Positions 23,932 through 36,378 of a stretch of 64,000 nt of DNA are shown piece after piece (the stretch's first letter is position 1; each line of letters opens with the position of its first letter). The stretch lies in the NCBI GenBank assembly GCA_965202585.1, contig OZ241831.1, forward strand, positions 31,000,001-31,064,000. Reading direction: 5' to 3'. The notes under the pieces are model-generated. The model ran no database searches, was not told the origin of the DNA, and was given only the letters and a program-made list of their open reading frames with translations. Made by a program: the position numbers and the translations under genes. The stretch is from Thalia democratica. Its lineage: Eukaryota.

Positions 23932-25657
23932 ATTGGTTCCTTTTTAAATTGAATTTTTAAGTAAGCAAACTGTTACTATAAAATTTTATTTAATTGTAAG
24001 TTGTTGGACAAAATAGTTTAGAACATATACTTTTAGAAAATACTTTGTTTCCAATTAATTTTGTCAGGAGTGTTAACGGAGTTGTTAAATAGCAGTATAA
24101 AAAATATTCTTTTATTATTCGTTGTGTTATGTTGAATGTTTTTCTCAGGTTTTGCAACAATAAAGTATTGTATTTTACTTATTTATTTAACTTTTCTACT
24201 CATTGATTCAATGTTAATATAGTTTTTCCAAATTGTATAGAAATTTTACAAACATTTTGAGTAGTTTGAAAACAACTCAAATCTTGTTTGAAACAATATG
24301 ATAATTTTCACTAAAAAACTCAGTTTTAAATATAATTAAACATATAACTTTATTAAGCATAAACTCTATATGCAAACATATACTAACTTCTTTATTTAAA
24401 TATAATGCTCACTGAAAGCTACACTTTAGCTTATCATTGTTATGATTTAAAAATAGTACATCTATGTTGCTAAAATTTTTATATTGTAATCTATGTTATA
24501 GTAAAACAAATAGTATAATTTATAAACAGTATATCTATGTTGCTAAAATTTCCTTAATATTATTATGAAAACTTTATTTTATTACGTACACGGTTTAGTG
24601 TGTGTATGTTTTTTGATATGTATACATTTAGAATTGATTTGCTTAAGTTTGTACAACCGGATTAAGACATTTTTTAAGCACTTTTTTGTTTATAAAACAT
24701 GCTTGTAACTGTTTATTTAAAATAACTATATACTTTATAGTGTAACAAAAATCAATTTGATAGAATTTGTAAAATAAACAAGAACTTTACAAAGTTAAAG
24801 CAAATTATTAAAACTGTAATCAGAAATATATGCTTTGATTGCAGATATCTTCTGTTGCCCTTCTCTATTCGATAGAGTTTGTTTATTTTTTACTTCGATT
24901 ATTTTTTTATCATTAAAATTTAACTATAATAAGTTTAAAAGTGGTATTATAGAACGTTACGTTTAGAAAATTTCTTTATTTATATCAACTCTAGTTTAGA
25001 AAAATTTTTAAAAGGGATTTTTATAAATGTTTCTATGTAGCTATGAATCAATAACTTATTTTCTTATTGGATGTCAAACATTTATTTCTAAAATTTCATG
25101 TAAGTAAACTTAATCTATAAAATTCTATAGAAAATCCCTCATTATATTTTTTATCAAAAACCATTACTTTATAACTGAATTTCATTAATTTTCTTTTGAT
25201 TAATGTAAGTCATCCAAATATAAAAATTATTATAATTTACCTTTAGCAGTGTAGTTGTTATTTAAGTGATTCTTAAAAATCGTGTATTAAACTATGTTAT
25301 AATAAAATCTTGACAAAACATTTTTAATTTTGCATACATACTTATCTTTATTTATTTTGAACTCAATGTAGTTCAGAATCTACTAACTTGTTCTAGAAGT
25401 CTTTTAAATGATTTGTTTAAGTCGTTTTCTTTTTAATTTAAAACATTGAAAAACTTCTACAAAAAATTTGTACTTTAGATCATAACAGAATAACTAAAAC
25501 AAACAATATTTTTAATAAATTTTTAACAACAAAAGAAATCTATGACATTTAACACTAAATACTATGATTGTTAGTAACTACAATCAATTTATTTTAGTTT
25601 TGTTTTTGTTCGAACCATGGTTCTTAAAAATTAGAAAGTCTCCTCTTCAGGTACAGT

Positions 25658-26023
25658 TTCTGTTCCGTTCTCTTTATAGTTTTTAAAGTCACTAATATGG
25701 TTGTACCATCTTTTTTTGAAAGTGCCACCCGTTTAGCCCAAATAGTTTTTTTTTACGTTTTCCGATCTGATTGTCGCTTTATATATTACATTTTCAGCTA
25801 AGCATTTATTCTTAAGGGGACATTTGTTTTTTGTTCGACAGTTGTAAAGTGTTTCGTTTTGTTCATATAGGTAATATAGGCAATATACCCACAAAGCATT
25901 TGCAGTACTTGCATATTAGAAAAGGTCGCGATCGCCAAAGCAGACAGAAGGGACAACCTAAATAAACGGTACGAGCTTTTTTATTCCTGCCCGTACTTCC
26001 GAAAACTCCACTTCAAAACTTAA
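25658..26023. mobile_element. Penelope-like retroelement remnant (GIY-YIG endonuclease region) with inverted 5' segment
   Basis: Minus strand 25846-25658: YNCRTKNKCPLKNKCLAENVIYKATIRSENVKKNYLG*TGGTFKKRWYNHISDFKNYKENGTE. Plus strand 25898-26023: ICSTCILEKVAIAKADRRDNLNKRYELFYSCPYFRKLHFKT*. Confidence 0.85.
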
Positions 26024-26129
26024 GTTGTCCGTAATACAGGTTTTATGCATGCTTTTAATAAATTTTTGTATAGATATTATTTACTTAAAACTAAAAGTAT
26101 TTTTTTTTATCATTTAAGCAAAATTTCAA

Positions 26130-26700
26130 ATTTTCGTAACTATTACAAGCACAAAATTACTTAAGTAATGCTTGTAATAGTTACTTGAATTATTTAAGTT
26201 TTCAATAGTCAAGTTATAATAAAAATTAGCTTGATTAAAATGCATCTTAAATTAAGCTCACTTATTACTATTAACTACATTTTTATTTAAGGAATGTTAA
26301 TTTTGAAAATAAACTATAAGAAAATAGAAAACTACATACAGATTTTTTTATTATCATTATTAGTGTTTTTCTTTGATTACGAAACTTAACTAAAACTTAA
26401 ACTTTGTCACAAATTCAATCTTAATATTATAATTTAACTTGTTTTGATTTACGGTAAAAAGTTGTTTTATCTAAAAGTTTTTATTTAAAGCATTCGGGCG
26501 GGATTTTAAATTTTCATAGCTAAAACAAGCACAAGATTGTTTAAATTTTCAATAGTTACGTCACAATCAAAATAAGCTATGTTAATATGTACCTCAACTT
26601 TTAGCTCACTTTATTAACTACATTTTTGCTTAAGCAATGTTAACTTTGAAAATTAACTAGAAGAAAAAAGAAAGCTACATACAGCGTTTATTATTATTAT
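26130..26700. repeat. Diverged direct duplication (about 230-bp units) with a 16-bp inverted repeat in unit 1
   Basis: acaagcacaa, ttttcaatagt, agctcactt, ttaactacatttt, ctacatacag shared by ~26140-26370 and ~26520-26700. Confidence 0.75.
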
Positions 26701-28828
26701 TGTTGTTATAAAAACAAATTGTACAGTAATCTACAGTGGTTTATTGAACAAAAAGAAAAAGTTCCTGTTTAAGGACCTGGATTCGCCAAAAACCTCTTGG
26801 TGACCGAGTTGCATACCTAACTTAATCAAAATTATAAAAAGCTAAATATGAAAAAAAGTATAGCAAGTAGAGTGAAGCGGGTACAAGACACAATTACTGT
26901 TAGATTTGTCTTAAAGTACTCAAAATAGTTTTGTAGTGTTGAACATTTTTTTAGATGTTTTATCCAATAATACTAGTACTGGTTGTATGTGACAAAAGTA
27001 TATTTACTAAACTAAAAATAGCTAAACAAGAATGTAAAAAAATACTTGTACAGTACATGAAAATTTTAATTATTTTAGTGTACAGTTTATGAACGTAAAA
27101 AAAATAGTTTTTTGAAATTTCACGATTTCTGATAGAAATTAACTCAAATAAATTTTTTTAAGGAAAATAGTTTTTATTATTACATAATTAAAAAAAAAAT
27201 AAAGATAAAGTCATCAACTTATTAAAAAAAACCATATTAGAATATCCAAAAGTTTTAATTTGTTTTATTTTGTTGTAAATAACTTAATTTCAAAACTATT
27301 AAATATTATTTAAAATTTAATTTTGCTCAAAGTTTTTTATTTATTTATTTTTATTGTCATCAGTATGATTGTATCTAGTTTAAAAAAAGGAAAAAAATTG
27401 CTAATAAAACCATAGTTTGAGTTTTTATAAACGCTTTTTAACGTTTCTCAAACTTTGTGACAAATTGTAAAAAAAGTTGGTAAAAATTGCCTTACGTGTA
27501 CAAATGTGCATTTAATCTAACTAGTTATAAGAAGTTAAACTAAGTTATAAGTTAATCTCTTTTATTAAATTTCTTTATTTATTTTAAGTATTAAAAACTG
27601 TCCTTTAATTAAAAATAATGTGTTTAACTATTTTTAGTTATGTTGTAAATCACTTTTAAGCACATATAATTTGAGTACTAATATAAGCTCCTTAAGTTTA
27701 ACTAAAAGTATTTATATGACTATAAAAATTCCAAATTATAGATGATAGTTTTTTTCTTGTGGATGCGAAGTTATGCAGGTTACTTTTACATTGTTTAGTT
27801 TGTCTATTAATATTTTGATAAATTATAATGTTTAAATGTTTTACACTTTCAAAATAAGTTAAAACCATATAATATTAGTCCTGCTTATTTGATCCTGAGT
27901 TAAAACATTTAACAAAAATATTTTACATACTCTTGACTATCAGTTTTAATAACATTTTATACATAAATTAGTTTTTATATGCAACTTTTTATCTGATCTG
28001 TTTTAGAAGACCTTGATCGAAAATTCAACTTAGGTAAGTTTACTACACTGAGTAAAGTTACTTTTTAGTTTGTTGGCAAACTAATATTTTGGGACAAATA
28101 TGGATTTTTATCCATGACTTATACTTTTTACAATATAAATTACAATGCAATATAAATACTGTAAATAAAAAGGTTACTTTGAGTCTAAATAAAAGAGTAA
28201 AACTTTGCATTTTGGAACAAATCTTAGCAGTGGGTACCTATTTTAAAATTCAGCCATTTATTTTTTAAGCACAAATGTACTTGAACAATAAATTGTCAAT
28301 AAAAAAAGCTAATAACTTGTTCTTAAATTGTTTAATTTTTTTACATAAATACTATTACAGCTATTCAGTTCCTAAAATTTATATGGTAATATAACTGTTT
28401 ATGTGATTTTTTTTGACCTAATCAAAAAAAAATCTCAAAAAAACTACAAAACTTTTGTTTTAATAGTTATTTTTGCTTCCTATACTTTGAAATGGTCTTC
28501 AGCAAGCAGATAAGATTTTTAATTAAGGGCATAAGGGGGGGGATAAATATATTTTTTTAAATTTGATTTTATTTTATCTAATTTTTACTAAGCTACAAGA
28601 TGCTTTTTACAGATTTTAAAAATTCAAAATTTTTTTTGAGATATAGCCGGTCAAAGTCAGAGGCAACAATAGGATCCTTATGGGAGGCACAAACTAAAAC
28701 GGCAAATAACTAGAAATCACTAAAAATCTATCTCCTCCTACGTTTTTTGATATAATTACTTCAAATTTTCAGAAAATATTCCTTGCAATATTTAGAAAAT
28801 TCTGTTCAAACAATTTAAAAATAAAAAA

Positions 28829-29236
28829 TTTGGTTATGGTTAACTTTAGGTGAGCACCAATATCAAAATGAAAACATATTACATTTGATGACTTATTAAA
28901 CCATAACTTTAGGCTAAAAAATCGATACTTTGTTTTTAAGAATCTATATAAACACAAAGAAAGAATTAAATTGATATATTATAAACTAAAATATTTAATC
29001 AATTTTATTTTAATATTTTAATCAACATAAATTATTGTATTGATATAATCACTTTATATTGTAAAATAAAAGCAATTAAATATTTAAGTTTATTAGTTTA
29101 TGATATGTAAGTTTAGTTTTATTCATGTATTTATAAAAGATAAATTTTTAGCCTAAAATTATGACTAAATAATATATCAAATATATTATAATTTCAGCTT
29201 GATATTGGTGCTCACCTAAAGTTAACCATAACCAAA
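28829..29236. mobile_element. Inverted-repeat element, family copy A
   Basis: Perfect 38-bp inverted repeat at 28829-28866 and 29199-29236 (tttggttatggttaactttaggtgagcaccaatatcaa). Confidence 0.8.
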
Positions 29237-29352
29237 AATTCTATAACATAAAAACTTTTTTTTGTTTATTTTTTGTATAAAATATGGAATAAAAAATTTG
29301 AATGTCAATTTTCTAGAAATTTTAAATAATTGATAAAAAATCTATCTTTTTC

Positions 29353-29784
29353 CAGGGTTGCCACACACTCAGGGAATTCAGGGAAACTAAGGGTATTTTC
29401 AGGTTTTAGAAAATCTCAGGGAAACTCAGGGAATTTTGATTCTTTTTTTTTAGATCAGGGAAACTCAGGGCAGTTTTGATTTTTTCTAAAAATTTCAGGG
29501 AATTTTAAGATTTTTTAAAAAAATTCAGGAATTTTTTTCTAGATCTAGAATGAGATTTAGTTAATCCAGTTTCAAAGTTTTCTTCAAAACAGTTAATTTT
29601 ATTTATTTTTAAGTACTTATTTAAAAATTTTTAAGCCTTGCAGCTAGTTTTTCATATTCTTAAAGTTAATTTAAAAAATTTTATAATTGTATTTTTTTTA
29701 AAATTAATAATAATTTTAAGGATTTGAAAAAAAAACTCAGGGAAACTCAGGGAAGATTTTTTGACCCAAAGAGTGGCAACCCTG
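29353..29784. mobile_element. MITE with 12-bp TIR cagggttgccac and repeated subterminal tcagggaa motifs
   Basis: Perfect TIR cagggttgccac/gtggcaaccctg; about ten (c)tcagggaa-like motifs; tttttc on both flanks. Confidence 0.85.
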
Positions 29785-30994
29785 TTTTTCTTTATATTTT
29801 AAGCTATTGACCTCATATTTTCAGAAAATGCTCCTTGCATTAAAATAGAAAATCATATTGTAGCAAATATTATTATCATTAAAGAAAAAGATGAAAATAA
29901 AATATAATGACCAAAAGGTGAAAAAAAAAACAAGTTCCTTTCAACTCAAAGTTCTGAAAATTCCTCTAGTAGGATTGTTAAGTATCAAGTTTAAGTTCAA
30001 GAATGATTGCTCAAAAGCTGAAGGAAAAGATAGATTTTCAATGAAATGGTTTCTTTTTCAACTTTTTATTTTCACCTTTCTTTAAGAATCCTACTTAATT
30101 CCCAAATTTGTCCCCTCATATCTCAAAAACTAATTTTTATTATAGTAAAAGTAAAAAGCAACTGTTAGTTTAGTTCAAGATCTCTAAAATAAGATCATCA
30201 AGTAAAAGTATTCCAATCTCCCTACACCCTTAATTTTGTAAGTACTAAACCTTAGGGATTTCTTTTTTGGAATTATGACAAACTTTTCACAAATAGCTTT
30301 TTTATTTATTTATAAAAGGTCTTAAAATCATAATACTGTAAAAACATTAATTGTACTTATTGGAAAATTATATGTATGGAAATCTTATTGTACTGTCAAA
30401 AACAATTTATAGAATAAATAATTTCAACTAATATATATTTCTAGTCAGTTTTGAATCAAGTTTTGATTGTGACAACTCAAACATATTAGAAATATTTTTT
30501 TTGAACTTGTAAATTTATATTGGATTTTATTGCCTCTTACATTTTTTAAAATAATTTGTTTCAATTATAGGTTTTCACAAAAAAATCCTTAAATATAAAA
30601 AACAATTAAAAGAAAACTAAAAAAATAGTTGTAAACCTATGGTCAAAATATAAACTTATGAATTTCAAAAAATATTTAGTTTCAAATTTAGTAATTAATT
30701 CAGTTAAACTTTTTATTGTTTAGAAATATTTAGAAATCTATAAAAATGGATTGTTAATAGCTGTAAGAGAATATAGACTGTAAAAAAGTCTTTTTATGCT
30801 TTCTTAGCTTTTGCGTTCAACCTGTTAAAGTGCGTACTAAAGAAGTCATTCTAATTATAGAATTATTATTAGGGATAGTTCTGGTTTGCAACCTGAATCT
30901 TATTTCTGGTAAAGTTCCTGCATATATAATTACAAAATTTTTTGAAGTTGATTTGTTATGAATTTTAAGTTTAAAGTTATTTGTTCAGTAATTA

Positions 30995-31340
30995 GAGGGT
31001 CGCAGCTTTGCTTACCTGTAAACCTGGAAAAACCTGGAATTTGACAATTTAGGTAAAAAAAAAACTGAAATTTGAGAAATTTAAAAAAAAAACATAGAAA
31101 GACCTGGAATTTTAACATGTTCAGTAGTAAAATTTCAATTTGACTAAAAAAATCTGTAACATAGATAAAAATTTTTAGTCATCATCAAAAATTTATTCTA
31201 TTAAAAAACACATTTAAAGTAGATTTACAGTATCTTTTCAATTTTTCTGTACTATTTAACACAGTTTTTTACCTTAAACTTAACTTTAAACTAAAAATAG
31301 ACCCAAAACTGTGTACTTTTAAAAACCTGGAAAATTTTTT
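30995..31340. repeat. Dispersed repeat / MITE fragment (acctggaa family)
   Basis: ggaaaaacctggaatttgacaatttagg is identical at 31026-31053 and 47842-47869. Confidence 0.7.
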
Positions 31341-31467
31341 GTAAAAACAAGTAAATAAAGTATAACATAATAGTCTTAAACAATATTTACACAGTTTTTC
31401 ATAACTATATATGCTGTGCAGTAAAATTAAAAAAAACACTGTTTTTTGCTCTAATCAAAGTTTTTGT

Positions 31468-32138
31468 GGTAATTACTTAGCACAGGGGTTGGAAGGTAAA
31501 AAAAGAACCTTTTTAAGTGCTTTAAAAAACATATTTATAGATAATTAAAAAAAAACTATTAGGTCAGAGATTATTCTTTAAAGATAACACCAAAACTTAT
31601 TTTACAATAATATTTAAATATTAAACTAGTTGAAAAAAAATTTAATCCCGCATGCGGGCCGCAGTTTGCCGACCCCTGACTTAGCATGATGTGGCACCAA
31701 TATGGAGCTGAAATTATATACTTGGCCTTATATTCATATTTGTATTTGATGTCTTTTAACCATAATAAATGTATGATAGCCTTTAACAATTTAATTTGTA
31801 GCTATATGTTCATAATTGTACAAAAAAAAAAGAATTTTTCACTCAATGTTCAATTGTAGTAAAAACAAGCTTAATGCATAAAACTTAAAGAGATATAATT
31901 GCTCTATATTGTAAAATAAGAGTGATTAATATTTAAGTTTTATCAGTTCAGACAGAAAATTTAATTCTGTTTATATATTTGTATAGCTTGTTTAAACAAA
32001 GTATCTTTTCAAACTAAACATATTAGAATAAACATATAAAACTATGGTTAAAAAAGACATTGAATATATATATGAATGTAAGGCCAACTATATAATTTCA
32101 GCTCAATATTGGAGCAACTTCATGTTAGGTAAATACCC
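31468..32138. mobile_element. Long-TIR element, family copy B; left TIR interrupted by a hAT MITE
   Basis: About 110-bp imperfect inverted repeats (gcaccaatatggagctgaaattatatacttggcctta.../...taaggccaactatataatttcagctcaatattggagc); tttttgt on both flanks. Confidence 0.75.
31483..31678. mobile_element. hAT-type MITE
   Basis: caggggttgg...gccgacccctg with perfect 8-bp TSD acttagca. Confidence 0.88.
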
Positions 32139-34273
32139 TTTTTGTTATCACTTCATAATTATTAAATGGGTTAACTTGAAAATATAGATAATGTAACATA
32201 AAAGTCTTCATATTAATCAATCAAATTTTCATAAACATATAAGCAGTAACTTTGTAAAAAATAAGGTTACTTATCAGAACTGCACTTTAACTGTCTTCCA
32301 ATAAGAAGTCTACTTCAATTTTTATTGCTTACATCCCATAAAGTACCTGAAACATAACAAAAAAATTATAGCTTTATTATTAATAAAAAAAAATAACCAT
32401 TTAACAAAAAGGTTCTTCCTATGTTCTAAAATACATAGGTGGTTTCTTTCAAATCAAACAATAAAAAAACAGTTTCCAAAGGTCCACATATTTTTAAATA
32501 CAAAGCTTTTTAAGCATAAAAATTTAAATTTGAATTATCAGAGATAAAAATAATTCTTCTTGTAACCAAACTACTGATTAAAAAAGCTGAGCAGTTTTTC
32601 TAATACAGTTATTTATTAAATATCAACCTATTTAAGATTTATACAGGAGTCATTTTATTTCTAGTTGGTCTTATTTTCAGACCAAAGCATCTAAGTAAAC
32701 ATTCTTAACAGAATAACCAAGTTCAATAAAAAATGGTTACATGACAATTCAAATTTGGTCAATTCAAGTTCTTAAAAATGTGTTTAAAGGGCCGCAAATC
32801 AAAAAGTAATATATATTTGAAAAGAAAGACATATATAGGTCTAATTAATGCTTACAAACACTTTTTTTTTTGCTTTTGGAAAAAAGTATTCTAAAAATAA
32901 TTTCAAAATTACTAAATTTTAAAATTTAGTCAACTCATATATCCAAAAATAAAAATAAAAAATATTGTGGGTATTAATTAAACAAACAAACAAATATACA
33001 TACTTTTATTTTTTTTAATGTAGATTACTTTTTGCCCTTTGGCCCTTTAGAAAATATTTAAGAATTAACATTATAATTTTTTTTTTGTAATTACATTTAA
33101 GATTTAAAAATAGCATTTATAAGTATCAAAAATATGCAGACAACATTAAAAAACTTCAAGGTTATATAAAGTTTTTTATTGTCTTTTAATTTTATAAAAA
33201 AAACAGTTGTAGAACACACTGTCTTCAATAAAACTAAATGTACAGAAGTTTTAACTTTGAGGCTGTTTTTTGAAAGATATTTTAGTTTCTGTAAAGTTTA
33301 TAATGTTAAAGTAACATATAACTTAAATTTTAAAATACCGTGAAAATAATCATTTTTAGTTTTATAAAACACTTTTTACTATTAACCATTTCAAAAGTAT
33401 TTTTATATTTAAAAAAATTAGACAATTTTGATAAGAAATAATATCGGCTCTTATATGAAAGCTTTGAGGACAAACTACAACCCGCTTTTTATAGCATTTA
33501 AAATATTATTTAACTTTCAGTATTTTGCAAGTTAAATAACATCTTCTCCTTCATTTTTTGAGGTAGAGACCTAAAACTTTCAGGAAACGATCCTTTTATA
33601 GTTTTAAAAACTTTAAATGTTGCAATTTAATATAAAAAATATTTTAGGTTAAAAAAAAACAAAAAAATGGTGTTTTTTTAGAAAAAATTATGTTTTCACA
33701 TTAAAAAAAATCTGCATTCAATCTATTTAAATTTTAGTAATGGACTTCTTTTGAAAGTTTGAAGAAGATTAGTTAAGAAACAAAAAAGAAAATAGATTTT
33801 TAAAAATAGTCTTTTTTTGTGTTTTTGGTTTGGGCCTTCCATTTAAAAACTTTTGAGCACACTAACTTTGATTGCTTGTATCTCAATAGCTACTTTGAAT
33901 TTTTTTAAGCGCTTATAAGTTTCTGACAGCTCAGATAAAACTCTACAAAGTAGGATCAACTTGTAAAAACCAAGGTTTTCAACTGCTTTAAGACGCTTAA
34001 ACTGTATTGATGTAACATGACTTTATAATTACACAAAGTATGCAAATTTTGTGTGTAAACTGGTAATTTTTCAAAATTTTTAGAAATTGGCTGGTTTTTG
34101 TTAAATATAATTTATTTAGGTGATGTGGTATGTATATTAGCTGGATATTTGATGTGATAATTCATTTGCTATATATGTTTGAAAAACCTTGAAATATTTT
34201 CTAATTTGCATTACAACAAATTAATGAAATGTTAAAATATCATAACTTTTTTAGGCAAGATTATACTGTATTG

Positions 34274-34600
34274 CAGTGGTCTTCAAGCAAATCAAAATCT
34301 GTGCACCCTAAATTGCAAAGTTAAACTTTTGTGTATCCCAATGTGGTTCTTATCAGGTATAAGTTTTAAAATTTCCTGTAAAATCTAGTGCAGGGTTTCC
34401 CAAAGATTTTTCCAAAAAGACCATAAAAACCCCCAAGACCTTTTTTTGCTGTCATCAACTCCATAATGTCTAGTGCAAGTTTCAAAGTTTAAGATAATTA
34501 TTCAAGTTACGATTCATGCACCTCAAAAAAAATTTGTGCACCCCAAAATAAATTTTGTGTACACTAGTGTGCACGGTGCACACTTTAAAGACTACAGCTG
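34274..34600. mobile_element. Degenerate MITE-like element with repeated gtgcac motifs
   Basis: Imperfect ends cagtggtcttcaag/ttaaagactacagctg; several gtgcac motifs; no TSD. Confidence 0.35.
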
Positions 34601-34839
34601 CATTATATTAAACTTAAAGTCTAAATTAAGACTAGAAAATTGATAAAGAACATTGCAAAATAAAACTTACATTACACTATCATTTAGTATTAATACTTAA
34701 AACAGAACTGCAATATAATCAGTACTTTTAAAAATAGTGCAATAAAATATCTGAGAGGTGATTAATACAATCTAATGGACTATCCGTTTAAAGTAATTAG
34801 TTAAACATAATATTCTTTAAAAAAAAATCGTTTAATTTT

Positions 34840-36300
34840 ATTTATAAGGTATCCCTTTTACTAATGATGCTATTTGGATATGATTTCTCAGTAAATAGTT
34901 TGATCTTTCATTAGAAACATTCCATTCCCCATCAGTTTTACAATCAAAAAAATTAGAACCTGAATGCAAGTTCAGCAAATCATTTTTAAGTTGGTGTTTC
35001 CATTTCAAATTTTTTCCCAACTTCAACTCTCATGAGGTTTTCAGTCATGCAAGTCCCATCATTATTTTGCCTTTACATGTAGCATTATACCTTGTGTCTG
35101 ATGATCTTTCTTTAATAAATGTGGCATAACATAGCCCTACCACAAAATCTTCATTTTTTCTTTTTGTGTGTTGGGAAAGAAGACCTTACAATCAATAATG
35201 CATCAGTGTTTGTTGGTAAAGAACACAGAGATTTCTCATTAACTTTTGCAACAAAGGAACATAAGTTTAGAAGTCTTTCCTCGTTGGTATTACTATTTGC
35301 TTTAAAATGTTCTGGATTGTATGTTACTTTGGGTTTTTGTGACTCAGTAAAGTAAATTAATTCAGTAGGAACAATTTTATTTTGGATAGGTTGAGACATT
35401 AATATTAAATGAAGCTCTTTCTACGTTCACTTACAGGCCCACCTCAAGTTTTACATAGTTTAACACGTATTGATCCCTTTTTCTTTCCTTTTCAATATTT
35501 TCTTTTTAGTATTATAATTGTTTTGTTGTGCTACTCACCTTTGCTTCATCTCATTCAGAAATTTAACAACTTTATTGATTTTTTTCAGCTTTGGAATGAA
35601 AAGTAGTGGGTAGGAGTCTAATATGCACAAATGGATACTTTTGCACAATGACACTTTTGCACGGCATCAATTTTGCACAAGTGGTCACTTTTGCACGGAT
35701 GAAAAAAATTTTAAATCTTTTTTGATTTTATTGACTTAAAATTTTTGTTGTTTTTTTTACTATTACTATTACCTCTAATCATTAGCCTCAATCCGTAATT
35801 TTTTTGGTTTATTTTATTTATTTTTTCTTAATTTTTGTTGTCCTGTTTTTTTTAATATTTGACTAATATTTATATTAAGTTTATTTGTTTTTTTTCTATT
35901 ACTGTTACCCCTAACCCTTACCCTCTATCAATAGCTTTTTTTTTATATAAACTAATCTTTTTATTCTTTTCTTGTTTTTTTACAACTTTTGTTTCTTTTT
36001 ATTATATTTATTTTTTTACTCTTTTTCGAATATGACCCTTTATGCAAAAGTGTATTCGTGTAAAAGTGACCCTTTGTGCATATTTGACCTGTTCCCATAA
36101 GTAGTGTACAGTCATTTCTTATCCCTTTTTGCTGTAAAGTGTTGGTTCCTAAACTTACCACTGCAGCTTGCTTTCTAAATTCAGCAAGGTGCTTATCAGA
36201 TTCTAAGTTATTGACTGGAAGTCTGTCCAGGTTATCATTAGTTGAAAAGTTGAGCTCATTAGGACCAAGTAGATTTGACAAACAAAACTTGCATTTTAAC
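34840..36300 (-). pseudogene. Decayed intronless ORF, probably the C-terminal half of a DNA-transposon protein
   Basis: ORF pieces 36281-36097, 35399-35151 and 35026-34838. The frame continues across the excised 35608-36096 MITE (NDCTLL-FIPKLKKINKVVKFLNEMKQR*). Stops and frameshifts present. Family not identified. Confidence 0.45.
35608..36096. mobile_element. Mutator-like MITE
   Basis: GGG...CCC ends; imperfect TIR containing aatatgcacaaa; repeated acttttgcac; 9-bp TSD aaaagtagt/ataagtagt. Confidence 0.85.
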
Positions 36301-36378
36301 TGAATTTGCTTTTTATATTTGAGAAAGTATCATATTGCCAACAGAATTTACATTTTTTCTGTGATTATGATGTATATA

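Larger units (their letters stand above)
28527..30229. mobile_element. Kolobok-like non-autonomous DNA transposon hosting nested elements
   Basis: TTAA|gggcataaggg...ccctacaccc|TTAA; inner inverted blocks tttttgagatat/atatctcaaaaa. Confidence 0.65.

Noticed and set aside
26765-26825. Short GC-richer patch suggestive of a SINE or tRNA relic (similar patches near 5240 and 62560-62660)
   Set aside because: No A/B boxes, no cloverleaf and no second copy in the window.
29353-29784. Repeated tcagggaa motifs as a CRISPR-like array
   Set aside because: Eukaryotic context, irregular spacing, and enclosed by TIRs; these are subterminal transposon motifs.
32180-32900. Possible decayed hAT transposase on the - strand
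   Set aside because: Only vague similarity across many stops; no motif I can defend.
17100-34800. Short AT-rich ORFs of 60-72 aa in the intergenic region
   Set aside because: F/K/L/I/N-biased random ORFs with no splice context or motifs.
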